Assembly (NCBI GenBank): GCA_050250895.1
Contig: JBFWNU010000001.1
Coordinates: 2,150,210-2,214,209, forward strand
Direction of reading: 5' to 3'
Length of the DNA stretch: 64,000 nt
DNA from: Vulcanimicrobiota bacterium
Lineage (GTDB): Bacteria; Vulcanimicrobiota; Xenobia; Xenobiales; JADMJV01
Below, piece by piece: positions 37,773-47,171 of the stretch. How positions within the stretch are numbered: position 1 is the first letter of the stretch; each line of letters opens with the position of its first letter. The notes below the pieces were generated by a model. That model made no database searches, was not told where the DNA came from, and saw nothing but the letters and a program-made list of their open reading frames with translations. Both the position numbers and the translations under genes were made by a program.

Positions 37773-38387
37773 CTAGTGAATGTACTTCAACAGCACGATG
37801 CCGCCGATGAGAAGGACGGTGAACGCCACCGTCAAGATGTCGAAATACTTGTCGATGAAGTCCCTGGCTTTCTCGCCAAAGAAGTAGACCGTCGAGGCCA
37901 CTATCATGAAGCGGGCCGTGCGTGACAGCGCCGAAGCGGCTATCAGGGTGTAGAGCGGAACTCCAGCGAACCCGGCCGTGATGGTGAAAGCTTTGTAGGG
38001 AATGGGCGTAAAGCCCGCGACCGCGATCCAGAAGAAAGCGTTTTCGCGGTAGTAGCCCTCGACGCGCGCCACGGTCTCACCGAGGTGGTAGAAGTCGATG
38101 ATGCCCTGGGCCAGCGTCTCTCGGAACAAAGCGCCGATATAGAAGCCTAAAACCCCTCCACAGATCGATCCCACTGCACACACCAGCGCGAAATAGTAAG
38201 AACGCTTCGGCGCTCCCAGGCAGAGGGCCAGCAGCAGGACGTCGGGCGGAATGGGAAAGACCGACGACTCGATCAAAGCGATCAGGAACAGGGCTAGCAC
38301 GCCGTAGGGGCTATCTGCCCACTGCAGCACCCAGTTGTAGAGGCGCTTGATCATGCCGACTTTCGGCTCTTCGATGGGTTGGCTCAT
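37773..38387 (-). CDS. DedA/YqaA-family membrane protein
   Basis: VLALFLIALIESSVFPIPPDVLLLAL motif characteristic of the DedA/SNARE-associated family; multiple TM helices. Confidence 0.75.
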   Translation of the reverse strand: MSQPIEEPKVGMIKRLYNWVLQWADSPYGVLALFLIALIESSVFPIPPDVLLLALCLGAPKRSYYFALVCAVGSICGGVLGFYIGALFRETLAQGIIDFYHLGETVARVEGYYRENAFFWIAVAGFTPIPYKAFTITAGFAGVPLYTLIAASALSRTARFMIVASTVYFFGEKARDFIDKYFDILTVAFTVLLIGGIVLLKYIH

Positions 38388-39244
38388 GGGGTTGGCTGTG
38401 CCTCCACCGTCCCGTCGGGAACTCTCCAGATCTGGACCGACTGACCCTCGACCCAGCGATACTCGGGGCTGTCCGGCAGGTTGACCTTGACCACGGTCTC
38501 GACCCGATAGTCGGCCCCCACACCGTGCCCCGTTTCGGGGTCAATCAAACAGACGGCTTTAATCTTGCCGTCGGCCTCGGCCACCTCGGAACGATGGCGG
38601 ATAGTGCCGACGCACTGGGTGGCGGCAACCGACCGCCCGCCCATCGGAGTGAACTTCTCGATATTGTAAGAGAGGTTCTCCTCGAGGGTGATTTTCTGCC
38701 CCAACAACTCGATGTTGACGGGATATTGGCCGTTCCACTGGCGGCCGCCGGCCTTGACCAGGCCGTCGGGCAGACGAGGCCAGAGCATCGCAAACAGGGG
38801 CACCAACACCGTGTCGGAAGTCAGCGCCGATTCGGAGGGGACCGACTTGTCGAGACCCGCCGGCAATCCGTTGGGAAACAGTCGCAAGTCAAAGCGCGAA
38901 CCGCCAACCTGGCCCCGACTCCATTCCCACTGCTCTGACTGAAGCTCGGTGACCCGATAAGAGAAAGTCGGCTCGCCCTCGGTCTGCTTGACCGTCTCTT
39001 CAAGAATGAAGCCGGCTTGATGGTCTTCCTGGAATGGAGTCGGTTCTTCTGGACTGTCTTTGCCGCGAATTTCCTGGCCGGTCTCGAGCGAGAGTTTGAC
39101 CCCCACCCGGTGCACCGAGCCGGGGGCAAGGCGCATCGACATGCTAGTCCCCAGCACTTCCAGGCGTAATTCGGGAATGCTGACGACGGCCAGGGCCAGC
39201 ACCGTCAGAACAACGGCTATCGCTATCGGTATGGTTCGTTTCAC
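38384..39244 (-). CDS. hypothetical exported protein
   Basis: N-terminal signal/TM (IPIAIAVVLTVLALAVV). Overlaps the downstream gene by 4 nt. Confidence 0.45.
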   Translation of the reverse strand: MKRTIPIAIAVVLTVLALAVVSIPELRLEVLGTSMSMRLAPGSVHRVGVKLSLETGQEIRGKDSPEEPTPFQEDHQAGFILEETVKQTEGEPTFSYRVTELQSEQWEWSRGQVGGSRFDLRLFPNGLPAGLDKSVPSESALTSDTVLVPLFAMLWPRLPDGLVKAGGRQWNGQYPVNIELLGQKITLEENLSYNIEKFTPMGGRSVAATQCVGTIRHRSEVAEADGKIKAVCLIDPETGHGVGADYRVETVVKVNLPDSPEYRWVEGQSVQIWRVPDGTVEAQPTP

Positions 39245-39323
39245 GGCGCAGTTGGCTTCAACACGGCCTTCCTGCCTCCTGCACGAGGAGGAGCAGCGGG
39301 CCCGCGGAAGGAACGGCCGCAGG

Positions 39324-40253
39324 ATGCAATCTGGTTACAGCGACCTACCGGTTCTGGTCACCGGGGCAGGCGGCTTCGTCGGGTCCCATCTCTATCGCCG
39401 GCTGCTAGAGGAGCAGGCCAGGGTTTCCGTCATTTTGCGGCCCGACCGCGACTATACTCGCATCGGTCTCGACGGCGCCGAAGTCTTTCGGGCCGACATT
39501 GCTGACCATGACGCAGTCATGAAGGCTTTTCGCGCCAGTCGCCCGCGGGTGGTCTTTCATCTGGCCGCCAACCTCGACCGGCATCGCGGCTTGAAAGGCC
39601 TCGACCAGTTGATTCAGTGCAACGTCATGGGCACCCTCAACGTGCTCAGGGCCGCCGCTTCGGTGGGCTCTGAGGCGGTCGTCTACACCGGGGCCTCCGA
39701 GGAGTATGGTCGCAATCCCGCTCCCTTCGCCGAGACTCAAGAGCCGGACCCGCTTACTCCCTATGCCGCCTCCAAAGCCACCGCTACCATGTGGTGCCGA
39801 ACACTACACCGCAGTCTGGGCCTGAACTGTATGGCAGCTCGTCTTTTCATGATTTACGGCCCGGGCCAGCCGGACGACATTCTTATCGCTCAACTGCTTC
39901 GCGCCGTCAACGAGGACACTCCTCTCCGAATGACCGCTGGCGAGCAGACCCGCGACTTCACCTGGGTTGGCGACGCCGTCGAGGCCCTGATGCGGCTCGG
40001 CCGACAGCGCCGGCTCGGGGGGCAGGTCTTCAATGTGTGCACCGGGCACGAGACCCAGGTTCGCCAGGTCGTCGCCGCTTTCGAAGAGGTCCTCGGTCGG
40101 AAATTGCCGGTCGAGTTCGGAGCCGTCAATTATCGCGAAAGCGAACTCTTCCGTGTTTGGGGCAGCCCATATTCCCTCCACGGAGCTATCGGTTACCGCC
40201 CTCGGACCACGCTCAAAGAAGGCATCGAGCAGCTTTTGGCGGGCGCCGGCTAG
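39324..40253 (+). CDS. NAD-dependent epimerase/dehydratase (extended SDR)
   Basis: VLVTGAGGFVGSHL glycine-rich NAD-binding loop and YAASK catalytic YxxxK. Start chosen at the internal Met 39324 (GGAAGGAA upstream), because the longer ORF (39060) overlaps the convergent upstream gene. Confidence 0.8.
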   Translation: MQSGYSDLPVLVTGAGGFVGSHLYRRLLEEQARVSVILRPDRDYTRIGLDGAEVFRADIADHDAVMKAFRASRPRVVFHLAANLDRHRGLKGLDQLIQCNVMGTLNVLRAAASVGSEAVVYTGASEEYGRNPAPFAETQEPDPLTPYAASKATATMWCRTLHRSLGLNCMAARLFMIYGPGQPDDILIAQLLRAVNEDTPLRMTAGEQTRDFTWVGDAVEALMRLGRQRRLGGQVFNVCTGHETQVRQVVAAFEEVLGRKLPVEFGAVNYRESELFRVWGSPYSLHGAIGYRPRTTLKEGIEQLLAGAG

Positions 40254-41044
40254 ATCCAGGGGAAGAACCACTTGCCGTCGTTGGCGCGAAACATCTGGCG
40301 CACGTCGAGGACGGCTTCCAGGTTGAACCAACCATGGACATGCGACGAGAGTGTCGTTCGACCCTTGGCTTTTACCGCCTCGGGCTGAAACCGTGCCAGG
40401 TCGATGACCAGCACCACTAGCCCGCCGTCGTAGGCGCCGTAGAGGCGGTTAGCCATGTAAACGGCGGCGGATGGCTCGAGCGCGCACTGAATGTATTCTT
40501 GCGAGCCCTCGAGTTCTTTCCAGTGGTCGGGGTTGGCGATGTCGGGCAGGCCGTCCATCTTCATCACGTAATACACCAGGCCCTCGCGCGGGCATTTGTC
40601 CTGGCGATAAGCGCGAATCCTGTTGCCGTGGTGGTCGTAATGTTTCCAGGTGATTTCGTGGGCCAACGACACCATGTCGGGCTCTTCGAGCACCGCCGGA
40701 GTGCTGATGGCTCGGGCCAGCAGGCGGTGGGTGGCGCCCAGGTTGCGCCAGGTCTCGCGCAGGCTCAGTTCTGCTCGCTCGGCCACCAGTTCCGCGTTGA
40801 TGGCGTCGCCCTCTTGGTCCCAGTCGATGGCGAAGACCTGAGGCACCTCTCCGCCCAGCAGTTGACCGGCCGCCTCGATGTAGATCTCTTCCCACGAGGT
40901 GATGTGTCCCATCACATCCTTGATGGACCAAAGCCCGATCGTCTTCTCGCGCAGCATGAACTCGTCTCGCATGCCTGAGAGCGCGAGCAAAAAGTTGTGC
41001 CAAGACTTGTGGACGTTCTGGTGAAGTGTGTCGACATCACTCAC
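40250..41044 (-). CDS. DinB/YfiT-like (DinB_2) domain protein with uncharacterised C-terminal domain
   Basis: WSIKDVMGHITSWEE pattern of the DinB_2 helical bundle. C-terminal half of unknown function. Confidence 0.45.
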   Translation of the reverse strand: MSDVDTLHQNVHKSWHNFLLALSGMRDEFMLREKTIGLWSIKDVMGHITSWEEIYIEAAGQLLGGEVPQVFAIDWDQEGDAINAELVAERAELSLRETWRNLGATHRLLARAISTPAVLEEPDMVSLAHEITWKHYDHHGNRIRAYRQDKCPREGLVYYVMKMDGLPDIANPDHWKELEGSQEYIQCALEPSAAVYMANRLYGAYDGGLVVLVIDLARFQPEAVKAKGRTTLSSHVHGWFNLEAVLDVRQMFRANDGKWFFPWI

Positions 41045-41154
41045 GGGCCCGCGATTCGTCAGGGGATTCTGGTGGTCCTGGAAGGAGTCTTCGCTTGTCT
41101 CTAGAACAGGCTGGATTCGACCGGGGTTGCGAGCCCGGTGATTAGGAGACGATC

Positions 41155-41358
41155 GTGCAGTATAAAGAAGCCTACCTGGAAAAGTATTTCGACAACTTCG
41201 AGTTCTTCGACCCTGAATGCCGCGACAAGCGCGTGCGCGAGGTCTGGTTGCGGACCAAGCGTTGCCTCGAGGACCCCGGCTTTGAGGACTTCGCGATGTA
41301 TCCCAACAATTGGATGACCGGCGCCGAGAAGCGGCGTGAAGCGAATCGCAAGCTGTAG
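41155..41358 (+). CDS. small hypothetical protein (67 aa)
   Basis: Compact ORF followed immediately by an intrinsic terminator; basic C-terminus. Confidence 0.35.
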   Translation: MQYKEAYLEKYFDNFEFFDPECRDKRVREVWLRTKRCLEDPGFEDFAMYPNNWMTGAEKRREANRKL

Positions 41359-41378
41359 TCTCTAGCCGTCTGGTAGGA

Positions 41379-41410
41379 AATCCCCGCCCTCGAGCGGGGA
41401 TTTTTGTTTC
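41379..41410 (+). terminator. rho-independent terminator (TCCCCGC-cctcga-GCGGGGA + TTTTTGTTT)
   Basis: GC-rich 7-bp stem followed directly by a T-run, 21 nt after the stop of 41155..41358. Confidence 0.7.
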
Positions 41411-41418
41411 CCCAGCGA

Positions 41419-41452
41419 GAGAAAAGAAAAAGGGCGCCGAAGCGCCCTTTCG
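41419..41452 (-). terminator. rho-independent terminator for the pilN-pilO operon (GGGCGC-ttcg-GCGCCC + T-rich tail on minus strand)
   Basis: Reverse complement reads GGGCGCttcgGCGCCCtttttcttttctct, located just 3' of the pilO stop (41470). Confidence 0.65.
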
Positions 41453-41469
41453 TTGGATATCTGCGAGGG

Positions 41470-42135
41470 TTAGCCGCCCTGGCGCAGATAAGCGGTGATC
41501 GGAATGGTTACCGACAGCACCGGGCTTTCGCCTGGGTCGCCCGACGAGGGCGACAGGCTGATCTTGTTGATGGTGACCAGACGGTCGAGTTCGAGCGCAC
41601 CCAGCTGGTAGAGGAAGTCTACCAGGGTTGAATAGCGACCCTTCATCTGCATCTGGAAGACACGAGTCGGGAAACCTTGCAGAGCCTCGGGACCCTGGCT
41701 TGCCGTCTCGATATCGGCCTTGGTGCCTTCCTTCTCTTCCTCGCCTCCGGCTACAGCAGTTGCCTGCATCGCTCCCGGAGTGATCGAGGTGATCGAGAAG
41801 TCGTAGTCACCAGTGGCTTCTTGCTGGCCAACGACCATGCGCTCGATTTCGGCGATGTAGTTGGCTACGAACAGTTCTGGCTCTTCCTGGGTGAACTTGG
41901 AAGCGACCAGAGCCTGCAGCTGCTTTTCAAGCTCGTCGACCTTGGCGGTCAGGATCGGCAGCTGTTTGATCTCTTCCTCGGTCTTCGCCAATTTGTCTTT
42001 CTTGGCGTTGAGGTCGGCCGTCAGCTGGTCGATCTGTTGCTGTTTCTTCTGCCAGTCGAGGACGTAGAAGCCTACGCCGATTAGCAGGATGATGACTAGA
42101 GCCAGAATCAGCTTCATCGGTGTTGTGAGTGACAT
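41470..42135 (-). CDS. pilO: type IV pilus assembly protein PilO
   Basis: Single N-terminal TM (LILALVIILLIGVGFYVL), coiled coil, then C-terminal PilO-type domain. Follows pilN with a 4-nt gap. Start chosen at the internal Met (MSLTTPMKL). Confidence 0.7.
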   Translation of the reverse strand: MSLTTPMKLILALVIILLIGVGFYVLDWQKKQQQIDQLTADLNAKKDKLAKTEEEIKQLPILTAKVDELEKQLQALVASKFTQEEPELFVANYIAEIERMVVGQQEATGDYDFSITSITPGAMQATAVAGGEEEKEGTKADIETASQGPEALQGFPTRVFQMQMKGRYSTLVDFLYQLGALELDRLVTINKISLSPSSGDPGESPVLSVTIPITAYLRQGG

Positions 42136-42139
42136 TGGC

Positions 42140-42799
42140 TTACTCTTCCCCTTCCTTCTTGTCGGCGGGTGCCTCGGCGCCACTGCTGGCGTCAGGACCA
42201 CCCGTGCCCAGGCCGGTCGGCGGCAGAGTGGCCGCAGCTTCAGCGTCGTAACGCACCGTCAGAGCGAAGCTGAATCCACGCACGTCGTCGGTCATCTTTT
42301 CGCTGGTCGACGACAACGACGCATCTCTGAAGTAACGCGATTCGTTCAAATTCTTCATCAGCTGAGCAACGGTTGCCAGGGGCAGTCGGCCTTCGACTTC
42401 CGCCGCTGTTCCGTTGAATGTCACCGACTGGTTACCCGGTTCGATAGACAGGTTTTCGAGCCAGACGTTAGGCGGCAGCAGCACGGCAACCTCTTGCAGC
42501 AGGTTGGCATAACGCAGAGGGTCGTGGACCAGGCTCTGGATCATGCGGATCTGCTCTTCGAGTTTGCGAATGCGGGCGCGCCGTTCTTGCAGCACAGGCA
42601 ACTGAGCCTCATACTGCTTGATCTGTTTCTCGACGTCGGCGATTTCTTGGTTCTTTTTGTCGATGTCTCCCTGCAGCTTTTGGCTGTAGAACATCATACA
42701 AACGGTTGCACCGATGATGACGATCAAGAGCACGATCATCATCGGGTCAATTCCAAATCCCTTCCTCTCAGTTGGGAGAAGGTCAACCTTAATTGTCAT
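42140..42799 (-). CDS. pilN: type IV pilus assembly protein PilN
   Basis: N-terminal KVDLLP...TM helix (MMIVLLIVIIGATVCMMFY) and coiled coil typical of PilN; Ala/Gly-rich acidic C-terminal tail. Confidence 0.7.
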   Translation of the reverse strand: MTIKVDLLPTERKGFGIDPMMIVLLIVIIGATVCMMFYSQKLQGDIDKKNQEIADVEKQIKQYEAQLPVLQERRARIRKLEEQIRMIQSLVHDPLRYANLLQEVAVLLPPNVWLENLSIEPGNQSVTFNGTAAEVEGRLPLATVAQLMKNLNESRYFRDASLSSTSEKMTDDVRGFSFALTVRYDAEAAATLPPTGLGTGGPDASSGAEAPADKKEGEE

Positions 42800-42895
42800 G
42801 GATACCTCCCGGTATTGCGCTTGCTTGGATAAGACACCCTGTAAGCTCGATTTTGTTCCCGAGCTAGAAAAAAAATCCTGTGCCTAGAGATTTTT

Positions 42896-43720
42896 TCAGC
42901 CTGCGGGGGTCGGGGCCGGGCCGGCCAGGGCGGCAAAGAGGCGTACCAGCGTCTCTTTGCAGATCTCTTCGATCTCATCACAGCGCTCGTCGCTGATATC
43001 GTAGCCGGCGCCCCGAATGCACAGCCCCTTCTGATCGCCACTCAAAGGGAACGATTTGAACTCGAGGTAGCCGTTGACCTCGTGCCAACTGACCAGGATC
43101 TCGTGATGGGTGATGACCAGCACCTCGCCCGACATCTTCTGGCCGCCCACCATTTCGAGTTCGAACTTCTCTCCTACCTGATTGGGAAAATGACCGTTGA
43201 CGGCCAGCCATTCGCGCTGGCCTTCGGGGGTCAAAGTGAAAGCTCGCAGATGGTCGTAGGTGAATTGCGCGGGCAACATGGCCAGAAAAGACTTGCGCTT
43301 CTCGGTGTAGTGCTGCTCTAGATACAGCTTGAGTACTCCCAGAGCCATGGCCCAGCCTGAGTCGACCCCGCTTTCGAGGGGGTCCGACTTGTGATTCTCG
43401 GGGCCCGACTCGCTTAACGAGAGGATGGTCTCGGGAGCGCGCCGGCCCAGTTCCACCGTGAGCACCTGGGTGCCGACTCCCGAGAGCCGGGTTTTGAGCA
43501 CCACCTTCTTGCGGGGGACCATTTCGGCGATCTTGTAGTCGACCGTGAAGCCGAACTTCTCCCAGGTGAGACTGAGGGTGCTGCCCACTCCTGGCCAGCC
43601 GCGAACCTTATCGGTGAACCACTGGCACAACCGGTCGGGATCGGTCCAGGCATCCCAGACCCGGTCGATCGGGACGGTGGTGCGCATCTCTTTACGAACG
43701 ACATTGACGTCGTGAAACAT
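42896..43720 (-). CDS. tandem SRPBCC (AHSA1/Bet v1-like) domain protein
   Basis: TVPIDRVWDAWTDPDRLCQWF resembles the AHSA1/SRPBCC N-terminal strand-helix; repeated in the second half. Start set at the internal Met 43720. Confidence 0.55.
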   Translation of the reverse strand: MFHDVNVVRKEMRTTVPIDRVWDAWTDPDRLCQWFTDKVRGWPGVGSTLSLTWEKFGFTVDYKIAEMVPRKKVVLKTRLSGVGTQVLTVELGRRAPETILSLSESGPENHKSDPLESGVDSGWAMALGVLKLYLEQHYTEKRKSFLAMLPAQFTYDHLRAFTLTPEGQREWLAVNGHFPNQVGEKFELEMVGGQKMSGEVLVITHHEILVSWHEVNGYLEFKSFPLSGDQKGLCIRGAGYDISDERCDEIEEICKETLVRLFAALAGPAPTPAG

Positions 43721-43727
43721 ACCCCGC

Positions 43728-44420
43728 TCAATTCCCAGGCCCGTCGGCCGGTTCCTCTTTGAGAGCCTCAAGGGTGGCCGGCGCCCGGGGGTCGTTCGAG
43801 CTTTCGAGGTCGGCCCTGGCCCGCTCGAGATCACCGTCGCGAGCATAGGCCTGGCCCCGCCACCAGAGCACCTCGTCGCGGTCGGCTCCCGCCTCGATGG
43901 CGTTGGTGAAGTCGACCACCGCCTCGCCATTGAGGCCCAGTTCATAAAAGCTGCGGCCGCGTCGAAAGTAGACCTGAGGCTGGCGTGCCTGTTGACTCAG
44001 CGAGACGGTGTAAGCGGCGATAGCCGCTCGGTAATCGCCGCTCTCGAAGCGAGCGTCGGCTCGGTGGAGATAGATTGTGGCCACCCCGCGAGTGGTGAGA
44101 AAATAAGCCAGCAACAGGGCTGGTAGGGCCAGCCAGGCGAGGCCGATGGGGCGTCGCCTTGGGGCCGCCGGTGCAGGCCCGGCCAGGACCGGGGCGGCGG
44201 GGGCGGGGGCCTGTGCGGTCGAGCGCCCTTGATCGTAAGCTTCTCGGCGGGCCGGATCGCGTAGCACCTCATAGGCCTCGTTGATGAGGGCCATCTTTTC
44301 CTGGCCATCAGGGCCCCTGTGATCGGGATGGTATTTCTTGGCCAGGGCCTTATAGGCAAACGAGATCACTTCAGGTTCAGCGTCGGGCGCAACCTGCAGG
44401 ATCTCGTAGTAGTCCGGCAC
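43728..44420 (-). CDS. DnaJ (J-domain) protein with C-terminal TPR repeats and one TM segment
   Basis: J-domain with HPD (DYYEILQV...KKYHPDHRGPD...INEAYEVL). Hydrophobic segment LAWLALPALLLAYFL. Two TPR-like repeats. Start probably a GTG around 44420; the longer ORF is unlikely. Confidence 0.55.
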   Translation of the reverse strand: MPDYYEILQVAPDAEPEVISFAYKALAKKYHPDHRGPDGQEKMALINEAYEVLRDPARREAYDQGRSTAQAPAPAAPVLAGPAPAAPRRRPIGLAWLALPALLLAYFLTTRGVATIYLHRADARFESGDYRAAIAAYTVSLSQQARQPQVYFRRGRSFYELGLNGEAVVDFTNAIEAGADRDEVLWWRGQAYARDGDLERARADLESSNDPRAPATLEALKEEPADGPGN

Positions 44421-44421
44421 T

Positions 44422-45918
44422 TTAACCCAGATGAATCCAGGTCGTCTTGAGTTCGGTGTATTTGTCCATGGCGTGCAGCGATTTGTCGCGGCCGAAGCCT
44501 GACTGCTTATAGCCGCCAAAGGGCACGGCCAGCGAGCCGTGGTCGAAGCAGTTGACCCAGACCGTGCCGGCACGCAGGCTGCGGGCGGCTTTATGGGCTT
44601 TGGTGATGTCGCGGGTCCAGACGGCAGCGGCCAGGCCATACATGGTGTCGTTGCCGATTCGCAGGGCTTCGTCGAGGTCTTTGAAGGTAATGGTCGACAG
44701 GACGGGACCAAAAATCTCTTCCTGGGCGATGGTCATCTTGTTGTCGACGCCGTCAAAGACCGTGGGCTCGACATAGAAGCCTCCGCTTTCGGTCATGACC
44801 CGAGAGCCGCCCATGACCAGCTTGGCCCCTTCGTTCTGGCCTTTTTCGATGTAGCCCAACACGCGTTGCATCTGCTCGGAGGAGACCATGGCGCCCATCT
44901 TGGTCCGAGGGTCGAGAGGGTCGCCGGGCATCAGCTTTTTGCCCCAGGCCATCACCTTCTCGAGCACTTCGTCTTTGACTGACTCTTCGACCAGCAGGCG
45001 CGAGCCGGCGTTGCAGACCTCGCCCTGGTTGAAGAAGATGCCGAAAGCGGCCGAGCGGGCGGCGGCGTCGAGATCGTGGCAGTCGGCCAGGATGATATGG
45101 GGTGATTTGCCCCCGCACTCGAGCGAGACGCGCTTCATGTTGGATTGACCCGAGTATTGCATGAAGAGCTTGCCGATCTCGGCCGAGCCGGTGAAGGCCA
45201 CCCCGTCGATGTCGGGGTGCAGGCCGATGGCTTTGCCGGCGGTCTCGCCAAAACCGGGCACGATATTGAGCACCCCGTCGGGTAGCCCGGCCTCGGCCGC
45301 CAGTTGCCCCAGGCGCAGGGCCGTCAACGGCGACTGTTCGGCCGGTTTGAGCACCACACAGTTGCCGGTGGCCAGGGCGGGACCGAGCTTCCAGGCGGCC
45401 ATCAGCAGCGGAAAATTCCAGGGGATGACGGCCCCGATCACGCCCATCGGCTCGCGGGTAATGGTAGCGAAGGCCGAGTGGCCGGTAGGGGCCACCTCGT
45501 CGTAGATTTTGTCGATAGCCTCGGCGTACCAGGCGATGCAGTTGGCCGACAGGGGGATGTCGATGCTGACGCTATCTTTGATGGGCTTACCCATGTCGAT
45601 AGTCTCGAGCAGGGCCAGTTCTTCGGCGCAGGCCATCATGTTGCGAGCGAAGCTGAGCAGCACGTTTTTGCGCCCTTCGGGGGACATCCCGCTCCAGACC
45701 CCGCTGTCGAAGGCGGCGCGGGCTGCCTTGACGGCCCGGTCGACGTCTTCGGCTCCACAGGAGGCGACGCTGGTGAGAACGCGCCCGTCTACCGGGCTGA
45801 CACAGTCGAAAGTGGCCCCGTCGGCAGCCGGCACGTGCTTGCCGTTGATGAAGGCCTGGGTGGGGAGTTGCAATTCGGCGACTTTGGACTTCCAGTCCGG
45901 TTTGGTGGCGATACTCAT
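44422..45918 (-). CDS. NAD(P)+-dependent aldehyde dehydrogenase
   Basis: Catalytic Cys region (FFNQGEVCNAGSRL), Glu motif (LECGGKSP), NAD-binding GxxxxG (FTGSAEIGK). 498 aa. Confidence 0.9.
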   Translation of the reverse strand: MSIATKPDWKSKVAELQLPTQAFINGKHVPAADGATFDCVSPVDGRVLTSVASCGAEDVDRAVKAARAAFDSGVWSGMSPEGRKNVLLSFARNMMACAEELALLETIDMGKPIKDSVSIDIPLSANCIAWYAEAIDKIYDEVAPTGHSAFATITREPMGVIGAVIPWNFPLLMAAWKLGPALATGNCVVLKPAEQSPLTALRLGQLAAEAGLPDGVLNIVPGFGETAGKAIGLHPDIDGVAFTGSAEIGKLFMQYSGQSNMKRVSLECGGKSPHIILADCHDLDAAARSAAFGIFFNQGEVCNAGSRLLVEESVKDEVLEKVMAWGKKLMPGDPLDPRTKMGAMVSSEQMQRVLGYIEKGQNEGAKLVMGGSRVMTESGGFYVEPTVFDGVDNKMTIAQEEIFGPVLSTITFKDLDEALRIGNDTMYGLAAAVWTRDITKAHKAARSLRAGTVWVNCFDHGSLAVPFGGYKQSGFGRDKSLHAMDKYTELKTTWIHLG

Positions 45919-45996
45919 GGCGGGGGCTTATCCACGCCGAGGCCAGTTCCTCTCGTCTGGCAGGTCTAGCGGCTTGATTTCGGCAAAAGTAGGGTT

Positions 45997-46692
45997 ATGA
46001 ATGCTTCTGGTCGGTGGTTTTGTGTGTTGTTGGTGGTGGTCGCTTGCTTTGGCGCCTGTAGTGCGCCGGCCGGCGACCCGGTCGAGACTTCGACCGCCCC
46101 GGCTCTGGCCGTGGCCACCCCGGCCCCGACCGAACCCGAGAAAGTGTTGCCCGAACTTAGTCCCGAAGAGGCGCGAAAGGCAATCGACACCGGCATCAAG
46201 TTGTTTCATCAGGGAGCCACCAAGACGGCCCTGCGCAATCTCGAGGAAGGCTTGCACAATTTGCCCGATGATCCCCAGGGGCTGGCCTATCAGGCGCGGG
46301 CCCTCGACAAGCTGGGACGCTCTGACGAGGCCAGCGCCGTCTATGAGAAGATTCTGGCTAAGGACGCCAAGAATGCCGAGATCCATTGGCGCTACGGCAA
46401 CACTTTGCTGGTGGCCGGTCGCGACCAACCGGCCGAGCAGCACTTCACGACGGCTATCGAACTGGGCTATGGCGCCACGGCCCTGCTTTCGCGCAGCGCC
46501 GTCTCCATGAAGCGCAAGGAGTATGAAAAGGCGATCAAAGACCTCGATGCCGCTATCGCGGCCGAGCCAGAGCTGGCCCAGGCCTACATTCTGCGCGCTC
46601 AGGCCTATCAGAAGTTAGGCAAGAAAGACAAGGCCACCCAGGACTTCTTCAAAGCCCGCAAGCTCAACGGTCGACGTAGCCCGATGCGTTAG
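45997..46692 (+). CDS. TPR-repeat lipoprotein
   Basis: Signal + lipobox (VVVACFGACSAP). Several 34-aa TPR-like repeats (e.g. AYQARALDKLGRSDEASAVYEKIL). Confidence 0.6.
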   Translation: MNASGRWFCVLLVVVACFGACSAPAGDPVETSTAPALAVATPAPTEPEKVLPELSPEEARKAIDTGIKLFHQGATKTALRNLEEGLHNLPDDPQGLAYQARALDKLGRSDEASAVYEKILAKDAKNAEIHWRYGNTLLVAGRDQPAEQHFTTAIELGYGATALLSRSAVSMKRKEYEKAIKDLDAAIAAEPELAQAYILRAQAYQKLGKKDKATQDFFKARKLNGRRSPMR

Positions 46693-46715
46693 AGGTGGGT
46701 CGGGCTTTCGCGCCG

Positions 46716-47048
46716 GCGGGTTAGTCCTGCGGCGAGTACGGCACCAGGTGGCGCCGAATTCGGCACGTGGTGGCGCCGTACTCTGGCCAGGCTGCACTTC
46801 CGCGGGGAAGTTGGCTCGCCGCGGGCTGTGGTCGCCGGCGAGTTAGTTCTGCGGCGAGTACGGCACCAGGTGGCGCCGAATTCGGCACGTGGTGGCGCCG
46901 TACTCTGGAGCAGGCTGCACTTCCGCGGGGAAGTTGGCTCGCCGCGGGCTGTGGTCGCCGGCGGGTTAGTCCTGCGGCGAGTACGGCACCAGGTGGCGCC
47001 GAATTCGGCACGTGGTGGCGCCGTACTCTGGAGCAGGCTGCACTTCCA
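46716..47048. repeat. intergenic tandem direct repeat, ~122-123 bp unit, about 2.7 copies, each with internal palindrome GCCGAATTCGGC
   Basis: Unit boundaries (TTAGTCCTGCGGCGAGTACGGCACCAGGTGGCGCCGAATTCGGCACGTGGTGGCGCC...) recur at 46721, 46843 and 46966 with a few substitutions. The third copy is truncated near 47048. Confidence 0.85.
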
Positions 47049-47171
47049 CCGGGCGTCGGCCCGGCCGCGGCTGACGGGAGCAACGAGAACGTATGGTCAG
47101 GGGGTTAAACTCGAACGGGGGCGGCGTTCTCGTCGCTCCCTACGGCGCTTCGCGCCGCGCCGCTGGGCCGA

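Noticed and set aside
39060-39323. N-terminal extension of the epimerase/dehydratase ORF
   Set aside because: It overlaps the convergent exported-protein gene. An internal ATG at 39324 with upstream GGAAGGAA gives a canonical SDR N-terminus.
46716-47048. CRISPR array
   Set aside because: The repeat unit is ~122 bp with no unique spacers between copies and no cas genes nearby. No CRISPR-like short repeats with spacers were seen anywhere in the window.
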